Below are positions 45,436-55,269 of a stretch of 64,000 nt of DNA, in pieces. The stretch's first letter is position 1; the number at the start of each line of letters is the position of its first letter. The notes under the pieces are model-generated. The model saw nothing but the letters and a program-made list of their open reading frames with translations. It had not been told where the DNA came from and ran no database searches. The stretch comes from a virus. The DNA is taken from the IMG/VR virus record IMGVR_UViG_3300050343_000110; one strand, 5' to 3'. Position numbers and translations under genes: made by a program.

Positions 45436-46043
45436 TGAGTGAAATAAAAGTAGACACCCTATCAACCGTTAGTGGTTCTGGCAACCTTACTGTAAGTAAT
45501 AATATCGTTGGTTCTGGCACGATTAGTGGAACAAACCTTACTGCATCTGGAACACTTACATCAACTGGATTAATTACTGCAAGTGCTGGTGTCGCAATTG
45601 GTGGAACTGGTGCTGTTAACACCCTTGACGATTATGAAGAAGGCACATTTACTCCAGTTCTTACTAGGTGGACAAGTGATATGACATTTACTGGAAGTCC
45701 ACACAGCCGAACTGGAAAGTATACAAAAATTGGCAAGCTTGTGCAGATAAATTTTTATATTCAATGGGCAACATCAGCAGTATCCAGCGCTGGTTCTGGT
45801 GGATGGAGAATCACTGGTTTACCTTTCAGTAATTATGAAACAAATAGTATTAACTTTCTGCCACTTGGTTATCACTATGATGGTATTGACAGTAAAGGAG
45901 AATCTACAACTGGAAAATCTGCAAGATTACAAGTAAATTACTCAAGTGGAATTCTAGATATGTATAGTCAAAATTCTACTTCATACGGAACATCTGGTTC
46001 TTGGTTTATTATTAGCGCCTGTGGTACATTACGTCTTGCATAA
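45435..46043 (+). CDS. fibre/adhesin protein
   Basis: MSEIKVDTL; NTLDDYEEGTFTP..GKYTKIG..ITGLPF. Confidence 0.75.
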   Translation: MSEIKVDTLSTVSGSGNLTVSNNIVGSGTISGTNLTASGTLTSTGLITASAGVAIGGTGAVNTLDDYEEGTFTPVLTRWTSDMTFTGSPHSRTGKYTKIGKLVQINFYIQWATSAVSSAGSGGWRITGLPFSNYETNSINFLPLGYHYDGIDSKGESTTGKSARLQVNYSSGILDMYSQNSTSYGTSGSWFIISACGTLRLA

Positions 46044-46094
46044 ATAACTTTATACCTCTAGTGGATGCTAGGGGCGGACAAAAGGAGAAAAATA

Positions 46095-46361
46095 ATGGCG
46101 ATTACAAAACGTACAGAACAAGATAAAATTGAAGTAGTAGGCGAGTTCAAGCACATTCAAGTGAGAACTGCTACTGTTATTGAAGAAGATGGTGTAGAAC
46201 TTTCTAGAAGTTTCCACAGACATACTGTTGATAAAGAACCAGATGCAGATTCATCTGGTGAAAGTGCAGATGTAAAGGCAATGGTTGCACAGTTTCATAC
46301 TGATACAGTCAAAGCTGCATATGCAAAACATCTAGAAGATAATAAACCATCTGAAGAGTAA
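46095..46361 (+). CDS. small partner protein
   Basis: AAGGAG RBS; DKIEVV..IQVRTATVIEEDGVELSRSFHRH. Confidence 0.75.
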   Translation: MAITKRTEQDKIEVVGEFKHIQVRTATVIEEDGVELSRSFHRHTVDKEPDADSSGESADVKAMVAQFHTDTVKAAYAKHLEDNKPSEE

Positions 46362-46380
46362 TCAACTCTAAAGTTATGTT

Positions 46381-48031
46381 ATGCAGAATTATGATCATTA
46401 CCTTGGAAACCCTCTACTAAAGAAATCTAATGTTCCTGTAGAGTGGACAAAAAAACAAATCCTTGAATATCAGAAGTGTATGGAAAATCCCATATACTTC
46501 ATTAAGAACTACATCAAGATTGTGTCTCTTGATGAAGGACTTGTGCCGTTCAAGATGTATGACTTCCAAGAAGATATCGTAGACACAATTCATAACGACA
46601 GATTCACTATATGTAAGATGCCAAGACAGTCTGGTAAATCCACGACTATGGTATCTTACATTCTTCACTACGTTCTATTCAACCCTAACATGAATGTTGC
46701 AATCCTTGCCAACAAGGCTGCGACTGCACGAGACATTCTTGGTAGACTGCAACTTGCATACGAGAACCTTCCTAAGTGGTTACAACAAGGGAGTGGTATC
46801 TTGGAACAAGGGTTCGGTAGACTTAGAGAATGGTAGTAGGGTGGTTGCATCCTCAACATCTTCATCTGCTGTTCGTGGTGGTTCTTACAACATGATATTC
46901 TTGGACGAATTTGCATTCGTTCCAACTAACGTGGCAGAGGACTTTTTCAGTTCTGTGTATCCTACAATCTCATCTGGTAAAACTACAAAGGTTATTATTG
47001 TATCAACACCTAACGGTATGAATCTTTTCTACAAGTTATGGGTGGATGCAGAGAATAAAAGAAACTCGTATAATATCATAGATGTTCACTGGAGTCAAGT
47101 GCCAGGCCGAGATGAGAAGTGGCGAACAGAAACAATCGCAAACACTTCAGAAGAACAGTTCAGAAGAGAGTTCGACTGTGAGTTCCTTGGTTCTGCAAAC
47201 ACACTGATTGCCCCTGCAAAGATTAAGTCAATGGCATTTCATAATCCTATTCAGTCAAACGCTGGATTGGATATGTATGAGAAACCAAAAGAAGGTGGTA
47301 CATACGTTGTGGTTGCTGACGTGGCCAGAGGAACGAACAACGACTACTCTGCATTTATTGTTTTTGATGTAAGTACAGTTCCTTATAATATTGTTGCAAA
47401 GTATCGTAACAACGAAATCAAACCTCTACTGTTTCCTAACATTATCTATGATGTATCTAAGGCATACAACGAAGCATACGTTATGGTTGAGGTAAATGAT
47501 ATCGGTGAACAGGTTGCAACTGCACTACAGTTTGACTTAGAGTATGACAACCTTATTATGGCAAGTATGCGAGGTCGTGCAGGTCAAGTCGTTGGAGGCG
47601 GTTTTAGCGGTGGAAAAGCCCAACTTGGGGTAAGGACAACAAAAGCGGTAAAAAGACTAGGATGCTCCAATCTAAAGCAGATTGTAGAGACAGACAAGTT
47701 AATTATCAATGATTATGACTTAATCAATGAGTTCTCAACCTTTATTCTTAAAGGACAATCATATGAAGCAGAAGAAGGACACACAGATGACCTTGCAATG
47801 TGTTGTGTATTGTTTGCATGGTTAGTAGAACAAACATATTTTAAAGAGTTGACAGATGATGATATTCGTGCTAGAATGTTCTTGGAACAACAACACCAAC
47901 TAGAACAGGACATGGCCCCATTTGGATTTTTTGATGATGGGTTGGGAGATGTCGATGACGCTCCAACTATGATTGATGAGTACGGAACGAGATGGAGTCC
48001 AGTGGTTCGTTCCTATGATTCAGATTGGTAG
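46381..48031 (+). CDS. gp17: terminase large subunit gp17 (frameshift ~46790)
   Basis: YLGNPLLK; PRQSGKST Walker A; IFLDEFAF Walker B; STPNG; DDLAM. Confidence 0.95.
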
Positions 48032-48045
48032 AAAACATTAAAACC

Positions 48046-48345
48046 CTACATAATATCAATAATATCATTCTCTAATTTTAGAAAGCAATTTGAACAAACA
48101 ACTTTAGATTTACTTATGTAATCATTTACTTCAGTTCTAGAGTGTTCATTTAAACCTTTTCTTTTAGTAAGAGAACGTATTTTCCTCTCGTGAGGATAAA
48201 ATTGGAGACAGGCAGTTTCAGATTCCCCACAGTAACCACAGGTTTTGTTCCCAAGATATTCATTTACCCATATCTTGCGAGCCCTGTAGTTACGTTTAGA
48301 AACCTTTTTAATGGTTTCTTTGTATTTCTGATAGTGTTCTGACAT
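48046..48345 (-). CDS. degenerate HNH/Zn-finger-like protein
   Basis: CGYCGE...CLQF...VVCSNC; only convincing minus-strand gene; own late promoter. Confidence 0.7.
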   Translation of the reverse strand: MSEHYQKYKETIKKVSKRNYRARKIWVNEYLGNKTCGYCGESETACLQFYPHERKIRSLTKRKGLNEHSRTEVNDYISKSKVVCSNCFLKLENDIIDIM

Positions 48346-48350
48346 AGATA

Positions 48351-48358
48351 TATTTATA
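48351..48358 (-). promoter_or_regulatory. T4-type late promoter on the minus strand
   Basis: TATAAATA ends 5 nt before the ATG at 48345. Confidence 0.7.
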
Positions 48359-48459
48359 TGTAAACAAACCTATAAAAAACTAGTGTAGAATGAGATTTTT
48401 ATAAATATTGATGTAAGTTTGGAAACTTTATATTAATGAACCCATAAGGAGAAAAGAAA

Positions 48460-50508
48460 ATGGCATTTCAAGTATCGCCTGGCGTTCTAGTCAAAGAAAT
48501 TGATTTGACCAATATTGTTCCAGCAGTATCCACCTCTATAGGTGCGATGGCAGGTAGCTTTAACAAAGGCCCTGTCGGAGAAGTTACTGCAATTAGTTCG
48601 GAACAACAATTGGTATCAGTTTTTGGCACGCCCGACTCAAATAACTTTGAGAACTGGTTTACTGCCGCCAACTTCCTACAGTATGGCAATGCATTGAGAA
48701 TAGTACGAGCAGAAATGGCTGGTATGAAAAATGCAGCAGTAGGAACACCAGAACTAGTAAAAAATAATACGGATTATGATGATAGCATCTTTAATGCTAC
48801 AGCGCCCGGCAGTGGTAAAGCCTCTGTGGGTGAGTGGATTGCAAAAGAAGCCGGAATAGAAGGAAACTCTCTCGGCGTATCAATGTGTACGAATGCAACA
48901 GCATTTGAACAAAACTTCACAGGAAACGCTGGTACACTTGGCGTAACAACTGGAACAACTGCCGCTGGTGCAACTACTGTCGGTGTTGACAATGGTGGTG
49001 GTTCTGCTGGTGCCGGTGGAGCTGCATTTAATGTAGGTGACATTGTTCACTTCCAAGAAGCAGATGGAACAGAGTACGAGATTACTGCTATTTCAACTGA
49101 CAATCTAACAATCAGACAACTAGACAATCCTAACGGTGGTGGAGTTAAAACTGCACTTGCAGCTGCGACTAATGTTCGTAGACGTTGGAAGTTTTATGAC
49201 CAAGTAGATGCTGCCCCAGGCTCATCCACATGGGCAACAGGCAAAAACCTAACTGCTGATGAAATCCATGTTGTTGTTTATGACACAACAGGAGAAATTA
49301 CTGGTTCTAAGTATGGTACTGCTGGTGGTAGAGCTGGTTCTGTGGTAGAGGTATATCCTTTCGTATCACAGGCATTAGATGCCAAAACTGCACAAGGTGG
49401 CACTAACTATTATGTGAATGTTATCAATACTGCATCACTTTATATCAGATGGGGTACACACACTGCATCTTTGAGTGAGGCAGGAGATACCGCTTCAACA
49501 AGAGCCGCAGGCGATTCTACATTTGCATCAACTGCTGGTAAAGGTGGAGTTATTACAGACGTACTGGCTGGCGGTGTATTAACAACTAACTCAGGTAGTG
49601 TTCCATCAGTTGGTGAACTAGATACTGCATATCAATTCTTTGCAGACTCAGCAACAGTTGACATTAACCTAGTAATGGCCGGTTCAACTGAAGTTGGAGC
49701 ATCAGGAGCAGATGGTGTAACTCATGCAACTAACGTCATTGACCTTGTAGAGGCAAGAAAAGATTGTATCTGTTTCATCTCACCTACTAGATCAGATGTT
49801 GTAAGTATTCCATCATCAATCACACAAACTGCAAACGTCAAAGGTTTCTTTGATGGCCAACTTGCAAGTTCTTCATATGCAGTATTCGATAGTGGATACA
49901 AGTATATGTACGACAGATATAATGATGTGTATCGTTTTGTTCCACTGAATGGTGATGTTGCCGGTTTGGCCGCATATACTGACCAAGTTGCAGACGCATG
50001 GTTCTCACCTGCCGGACTCAACAGAGGTCAAATTCGTGGTGCAGTGAAACTTGCATTCAACCCAAACAAGGCACAGAGAGACATTCTTTACCCTGCTAGA
50101 ATTAACCCAGTTATTTCTGAGGCAGGACAGGGAACATTCCTCTTTGGTGACAAGACTGCGCTTTCAAGACCTTCTGCATTTGACAGAATCAATGTTCGTA
50201 GATTGTTCCTTGTTCTTGAGAAAGCAATTGCAAATGCAGCCAAGTTCCAACTCTTTGAGTTCAACGATGACTTCACAAGAGCACAGTTCAAGAACTTAAT
50301 TGAGCCATTCTTGAGAGATGTGCAAGGACGTAGAGGTATCACAGACTTTAAAGTAATCTGTGATGATACAAACAACACAGGTGAGGTTGTTGACAGAAAC
50401 GAGTTTATTGGTGACATTTACATCAAACCAGCCCGTTCTATTAACTTCATCACACTGAACTTCATCGCCGTAAGAACTGGCGTTGAGTTCTCAGAGATAG
50501 CAGGATAA
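48460..50508 (+). CDS. gp18: tail sheath protein gp18
   Basis: MAFQVSPGVLVKEIDLT; WFSPAGLNRG; FDRINVRRLF; IKPARSINFI. Confidence 0.97.
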   Translation: MAFQVSPGVLVKEIDLTNIVPAVSTSIGAMAGSFNKGPVGEVTAISSEQQLVSVFGTPDSNNFENWFTAANFLQYGNALRIVRAEMAGMKNAAVGTPELVKNNTDYDDSIFNATAPGSGKASVGEWIAKEAGIEGNSLGVSMCTNATAFEQNFTGNAGTLGVTTGTTAAGATTVGVDNGGGSAGAGGAAFNVGDIVHFQEADGTEYEITAISTDNLTIRQLDNPNGGGVKTALAAATNVRRRWKFYDQVDAAPGSSTWATGKNLTADEIHVVVYDTTGEITGSKYGTAGGRAGSVVEVYPFVSQALDAKTAQGGTNYYVNVINTASLYIRWGTHTASLSEAGDTASTRAAGDSTFASTAGKGGVITDVLAGGVLTTNSGSVPSVGELDTAYQFFADSATVDINLVMAGSTEVGASGADGVTHATNVIDLVEARKDCICFISPTRSDVVSIPSSITQTANVKGFFDGQLASSSYAVFDSGYKYMYDRYNDVYRFVPLNGDVAGLAAYTDQVADAWFSPAGLNRGQIRGAVKLAFNPNKAQRDILYPARINPVISEAGQGTFLFGDKTALSRPSAFDRINVRRLFLVLEKAIANAAKFQLFEFNDDFTRAQFKNLIEPFLRDVQGRRGITDFKVICDDTNNTGEVVDRNEFIGDIYIKPARSINFITLNFIAVRTGVEFSEIAG

Positions 50509-50519
50509 GGAGAGAAAAA

Positions 50520-51041
50520 ATGGCAACAATTGATCAATTTAAAGCTCAACTTATCGGTGGTGGTGCAAGAGCAAACCAATTCAGAGTTATTCTGAATACA
50601 CCGCCAGGAATTGCAACTGGTTTACCATTGGGAACTTCATCGTTCTTTATTAAGGCAGCAAGTTTGCCTGGCCAGACAATCCCTGAAATTACTGTGAACT
50701 TCAGAGGACGCCAGTTGTTCCTCGCTGGTGACAGAACATTTGAAACATGGACAACTACTATTCTTAACGATACCGATTTTGCAATCAGAAACGGTATGGA
50801 AAGATGGATGAACGGTATCAACGACCTTGATACTAATACTGGTGTTACTAATGTTACTGACTATACTGCCGATATGGTAGTACAACAACTTGACAGAGAT
50901 GATACTGTACTAAAACAGTACACTCTAACTAGTTGTTGGCCACAGGCACTTGCTCCGATTGAACTGAGCATGGACACAGTAAGTGATATTGAAACCTTTG
51001 ATATTACATGGCGTTATACGTCATTTAATGCAGGCGTATAA
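50520..51041 (+). CDS. gp19: tail tube protein gp19
   Basis: GGGARANQF; FRGRQL..AGDRTFETW; QLDR. Confidence 0.95.
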   Translation: MATIDQFKAQLIGGGARANQFRVILNTPPGIATGLPLGTSSFFIKAASLPGQTIPEITVNFRGRQLFLAGDRTFETWTTTILNDTDFAIRNGMERWMNGINDLDTNTGVTNVTDYTADMVVQQLDRDDTVLKQYTLTSCWPQALAPIELSMDTVSDIETFDITWRYTSFNAGV

Positions 51042-51093
51042 TCTAGTTTTACAAACCGACTAAATAGTTGGGTAAAATTAGGAGAACTATAGT

Positions 51094-52612
51094 ATGGCTG
51101 AACTTTTTGGTTTCAGAATCACACGAGCAGACAAAGGGAGTGGTGATGGTTTCACCGCTCCCCCTTCTGATGATGGCACACTTGATATTGTATCAGGCGG
51201 TGGACATTATGCATCTGTGCTTGACATGGATGGGCGTGATAAAAATGAACTTGACTTAATTAGAAGATATCGTGATATTGCACAACAACCAGAGTGTGAT
51301 AGTGCAATTGAAGATATCGCAAACGAAGCGATTGTCTCAGATGAAAGAGATAAATCAGTTTCACTTTCCCTTGATAGACTAGACCTTTCCAGAAATATTA
51401 AATCAAAAATTCGTGAAGAATTCGATGAAGTTTTGCGTTTGATGGACTTCAATGCAAAAGGACATGATATTTTTAGGCGCTGGTATGTGGATGGACGTAT
51501 CTATTATCATAAGGTAATTGATACAAAGGCTCCACGAAAGGGTATTAAAGAATTACGTTACATCGACCCCTCGTAAGATTAAGAAGGTTAGAGAACAAAG
51601 AAAAGAAAAAGATCCAAAGACAGGTATGGACTTGGTAAAGGATATTGAAGATTTTTACCTTTACAATGAAAAGGGATTAGATCAAAATACTGGAACTACC
51701 AGTGGTGTAAAGATTACACAAGATTCTGTTTCATATTGTCCTTCAGGTGTTGTAGATATGCACAGAGGAACAGTCCTCTCTTATCTGAATAAAGCAATTA
51801 AACCTGTCAATCAGTTGCGTATGATTGAAGATGCGTTGGTTATCTATCGTATCTCTCGTGCGCCTGAAAGACGTATCTTCTACATTGATGTAGGTAACTT
51901 ACCTAAAGTCAAAGCAGAAGCATACTTGAAAGACGTAATGAATCGTTATCGGAACAAGTTGGTGTATGATGCACGAACTGGCGAAATTCGTGACGATAGA
52001 AATCATATGTCTATGTTGGAAGATTTTTGGCTACCTCGTAGAGAAGGTGGTAGAGGTACAGAGATTACAACTTTGCCGGGCGGTTCAAACCTTGGTGAGA
52101 TTGATGATATCAAGTACTTCCAAAACAAATTATATCGTTCATTAAATGTTCCTATCTCAAGACTTGAGGCAGAGAACTCATTCAGTATTGGACGTTCTGA
52201 TAACATTACTCGTGACGAACTGAAGTTTACAAAGTTTGTACAGAAGCTTCGTAAGAAGTTTTCAGTATTGTTTATGGATATTCTAAAAACACAGTTGGTT
52301 CTCAAAGGTGTTATTGCAATGGAAGAATGGGATATGATGAAAGAACATATCCAGTTTGACTTTATGCAAGACGGACACTTTACAGAGTTGAAGAATGCAG
52401 AAATTCTACAGAACCGTTTAGATATGCTCGGACAAATTGAAAGTTATGTGGGTACATACTTCTCTAAAGAATATGTACGCAAACAAGTTCTTCGTATGAA
52501 TGATGAAGAAATTGAAGAAGTTGAAAACCAAATTAAAGATGAAGAAGGTGGTGAAATGGGTGGAGATGACGATGGTATGTTTGCACATAATGACCCCCTC
52601 AAAAGGAGATAA
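51094..52612 (+). CDS. gp20: portal protein gp20 (frameshift ~51570)
   Basis: FRRWYVDGR; YRISRAPERRIFYIDVGNLP; EDFWLPRREGGRGTEI. Confidence 0.97.
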
Positions 52613-52792
52613 ATGATGGACACAGTAAAAGATTTTGTTAGCGCTATTGGAGATGGAGATAATCTCTCAGCAGAGACACATTTCAATAATGCACTTGCAG
52701 CCAAAGTTGGTGACGCATTAGAAACAAAAAGACAGGACGTTGCAAAAACATTTGTAACTCACCATGTACCAGAGGTAGAAGATAGTGAGTAA
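52613..52792 (+). CDS. prohead core protein gp67-like
   Basis: 59 aa acidic helical ORF directly after the portal gene, AGGAG RBS. Confidence 0.6.
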   Translation: MMDTVKDFVSAIGDGDNLSAETHFNNALAAKVGDALETKRQDVAKTFVTHHVPEVEDSE

Positions 52793-53033
52793 ACCTTTTT
52801 CTCAGTTCGCACAAGAACTACCAGAAAAGGATGAACACAAATCATCTAAGGAGTATAAGAAGTTATCTCCTAAGATGAAAGAAGCTGTTGACGCTATTTT
52901 TAAGGAAATGGATTCTAAACCCTCAGATTTCCTAAATACTTTTGACAAAACAATAAATAGTGTTTCAAAGAAGTTCAAAGTTCCGCCAAAGAAACTTATG
53001 GATTATTTTGAGGCAGAAGTACTATCAATATAG
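52785..53033 (+). CDS. hypothetical protein (prohead region)
   Basis: GTG start overlapping the upstream gene; GAGG RBS. Confidence 0.65.
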   Translation: MSKPFSQFAQELPEKDEHKSSKEYKKLSPKMKEAVDAIFKEMDSKPSDFLNTFDKTINSVSKKFKVPPKKLMDYFEAEVLSI

Positions 53034-53043
53034 GAAGAGTAAC

Positions 53044-53293
53044 ATGAAAATAATCGGAGCAGAAGAAGCACTGGCCACTGGAGCAACTAAGGGTAAAACC
53101 GCTACTGCACATTATGTATTCAATAATGGTTCAAAGGCGGCAGTTACAATTAGAAACGCTGCAGATGATGGCGATACAGGCTCAATAAGAATTAATGCAA
53201 ACTCTGGTGTTATTATCCATACAGATATTGGGGGTCGGAATGCGTGGTGCAACCGATTTTAAAATTACCCCAATAGTTTCGGCGGGGTTCTAA
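53044..53293 (+). CDS. hypothetical protein (frameshift near end)
   Basis: MKIIGAEEALA...; AGGA RBS. Confidence 0.6.
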
Positions 53294-53294
53294 C

Positions 53295-53943
53295 ATGAAA
53301 CTTATTGCAGAACAGATACAAGAAGTAGAATACATCACTGAAGATAAAGACGGTGGTGGTAAAGATATGAAGATTCGTGGAATCTTTATGCAGGCTGACC
53401 AGAAAAACAGAAATGGTCGTGTCTATCCAATGGGCGTACTTACTAAAGAAGTCGCTCGGTATAACAAAGAATTTGTTGCTGAAGGTCGTGCGTTTGGGGA
53501 ACTTGGACATCCAGAAGGCCCTACTGTCAATCTTGACAGGGTATCGCACATGATCACAAAACTTGAAGCTAATGGAAAGAACTTCGTTGGTGAGGCAAAA
53601 TTGTTGTCTACTCCTATGGGGGAAATTGCGAAAGCACTAATCAAAGACGGTGGTAAACTTGGTGTCTCTTCTAGAGGCATGGGTTCACTAGAAAACAAAG
53701 GTGGTGCAAATTATGTGAAAGACGATTTCTATCTCGCAACTGCGGCAGATATCGTTGCAGACCCCTTCTGCGCCTCAGGCCTTCGTTGAGGGCATTATGG
53801 AAGGTAAGGAATGGGTGTGGGATAATGGTATTCTCAAAGAAGTTGAGATTGCTGGAATCAAAGATGAGATCAATGAAGGTGTAAGACGTAAACAGGAAAA
53901 TGTTTCCGCCCTTGCATTTGCAAAGTTCTTGTCAAAACTTTAA
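53295..53943 (+). CDS. gp21: prohead protease gp21 (frameshift ~53763)
   Basis: NRNGRVYP; GELGHP; GVSSRGMGS; DIVADPSAP. Confidence 0.95.
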
Positions 53944-53989
53944 TCATTATAAATATGATAAGACAAACAAAACTCAAGGAGAAATCCCT

Positions 53990-55210
53990 ATGTCAGAACT
54001 AGACAAGACAATTGAGGAACTAGAAGCGGAAGTTCAGGGCGAGCTTGAAGAAGCAGCTCAGGATGCCCCTAAAAAGGGTGCCGCAAAAGGCGAATCAATG
54101 GATAAGGTAGAGGGTGAAGTCCAAGACCTCGGCGGTGCCGGTGAAGAGTCAACAGAAGCAGAATCAGGTTCAGCAAAAGCTGGAGATAAGATGAAGAAGG
54201 CGACTGACGCTCAAACCAAAGGTGCAAAAGATGCCGGTGGTGCAGACACACCAACTAAAATCAAAGAACCTCTTGCTGCAGAAACCGAAATTGAACATGA
54301 CGGTGAAGCACTAGAGGAAAAAGCCATGACTAAATCAGAAATGCTTAATGCTATGGCGTCTAAGATGGAAATGATGAAAGCAAAAGAACTCAAAGCCATG
54401 TACAATAAAATGGAGATGATGGGCAAGGAAGAAGAAGAAGAGTCAGTGAAAGTTGACGAATCTACTCTTGACGAGCGCATTGCTTCAGTAGATGTGTCTG
54501 ATGATGTTTCTGCCCTCACAAAAGATGAGGAACTTTCTGAAGAATTCAAAGACAAAGCTGCTACAATTTTTGAAGCCGCTATTAAATCCAAACTTCGCTC
54601 TGAAGTCGAAAGAATTGAAGAAGATAAAGTTCAAGAAGTCGCTGAAGAAGTAAACAGAGTGCGTGATGAGTTGACTGAAAAGGTCGACAACTACATGAAC
54701 TATGTTGTAGAAGAGTGGATGAAAGAAAATGAAATCGCAATTGAGCGTGGACTCAAAGGCGAAATCGCAGAGGACTTTATCTCTGGACTGAAAGACTTGT
54801 TCGCAGAACATTACATTGACGTTCCAGATGAAAAGTACGACCTTCTAGGAACTCAGTCTGAAAAGATTGATGAATTGGAAGCAAAACTTAACGAACAAAT
54901 TGAAAAGAGTGCTGAGATGAAAAAATCACATGACGTTCTAGTTCGTGAAAGTGTTTTTGCAGAAGTTTCTTCTGACCTTGCTGCTACTGAAGTCGAGAAA
55001 TTTAAGTCTCTCGCAGAAGAAGTAGATTTTAGTAATGAAGAATCTTTCAAGGAAAAACTCGACCAGCTCAAGGAAAGTTATTTTCCAAAGGCAACAACTG
55101 TCGCTGAATCAGTAGACTCTGAAACAGATAGTTCAGAATCTTTCGATACAACTGGTGCAATGGCCGCTTACATGGCTGCAATCAGTACAAATGTAAAGCG
55201 GGCGAAATAA
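53990..55210 (+). CDS. gp22: prohead core scaffold gp22
   Basis: Acidic coiled coil; EEFKDKAATIFEAA; YVVEEWM. Confidence 0.92.
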   Translation: MSELDKTIEELEAEVQGELEEAAQDAPKKGAAKGESMDKVEGEVQDLGGAGEESTEAESGSAKAGDKMKKATDAQTKGAKDAGGADTPTKIKEPLAAETEIEHDGEALEEKAMTKSEMLNAMASKMEMMKAKELKAMYNKMEMMGKEEEEESVKVDESTLDERIASVDVSDDVSALTKDEELSEEFKDKAATIFEAAIKSKLRSEVERIEEDKVQEVAEEVNRVRDELTEKVDNYMNYVVEEWMKENEIAIERGLKGEIAEDFISGLKDLFAEHYIDVPDEKYDLLGTQSEKIDELEAKLNEQIEKSAEMKKSHDVLVRESVFAEVSSDLAATEVEKFKSLAEEVDFSNEESFKEKLDQLKESYFPKATTVAESVDSETDSSESFDTTGAMAAYMAAISTNVKRAK

Positions 55211-55269
55211 AAGCTAAGAAATTAGTTTTTTATAAATATTATAAGAAAACTCAATAAGGAGAAACTAAA

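Noticed and set aside
21480-46361. Diversity-generating retroelement or invertase shufflon behind the adhesin diversity
   Set aside because: No reverse transcriptase, recombinase, adenine-specific TR/VR pair or inverted cassettes seen in this window; all modules are co-oriented.
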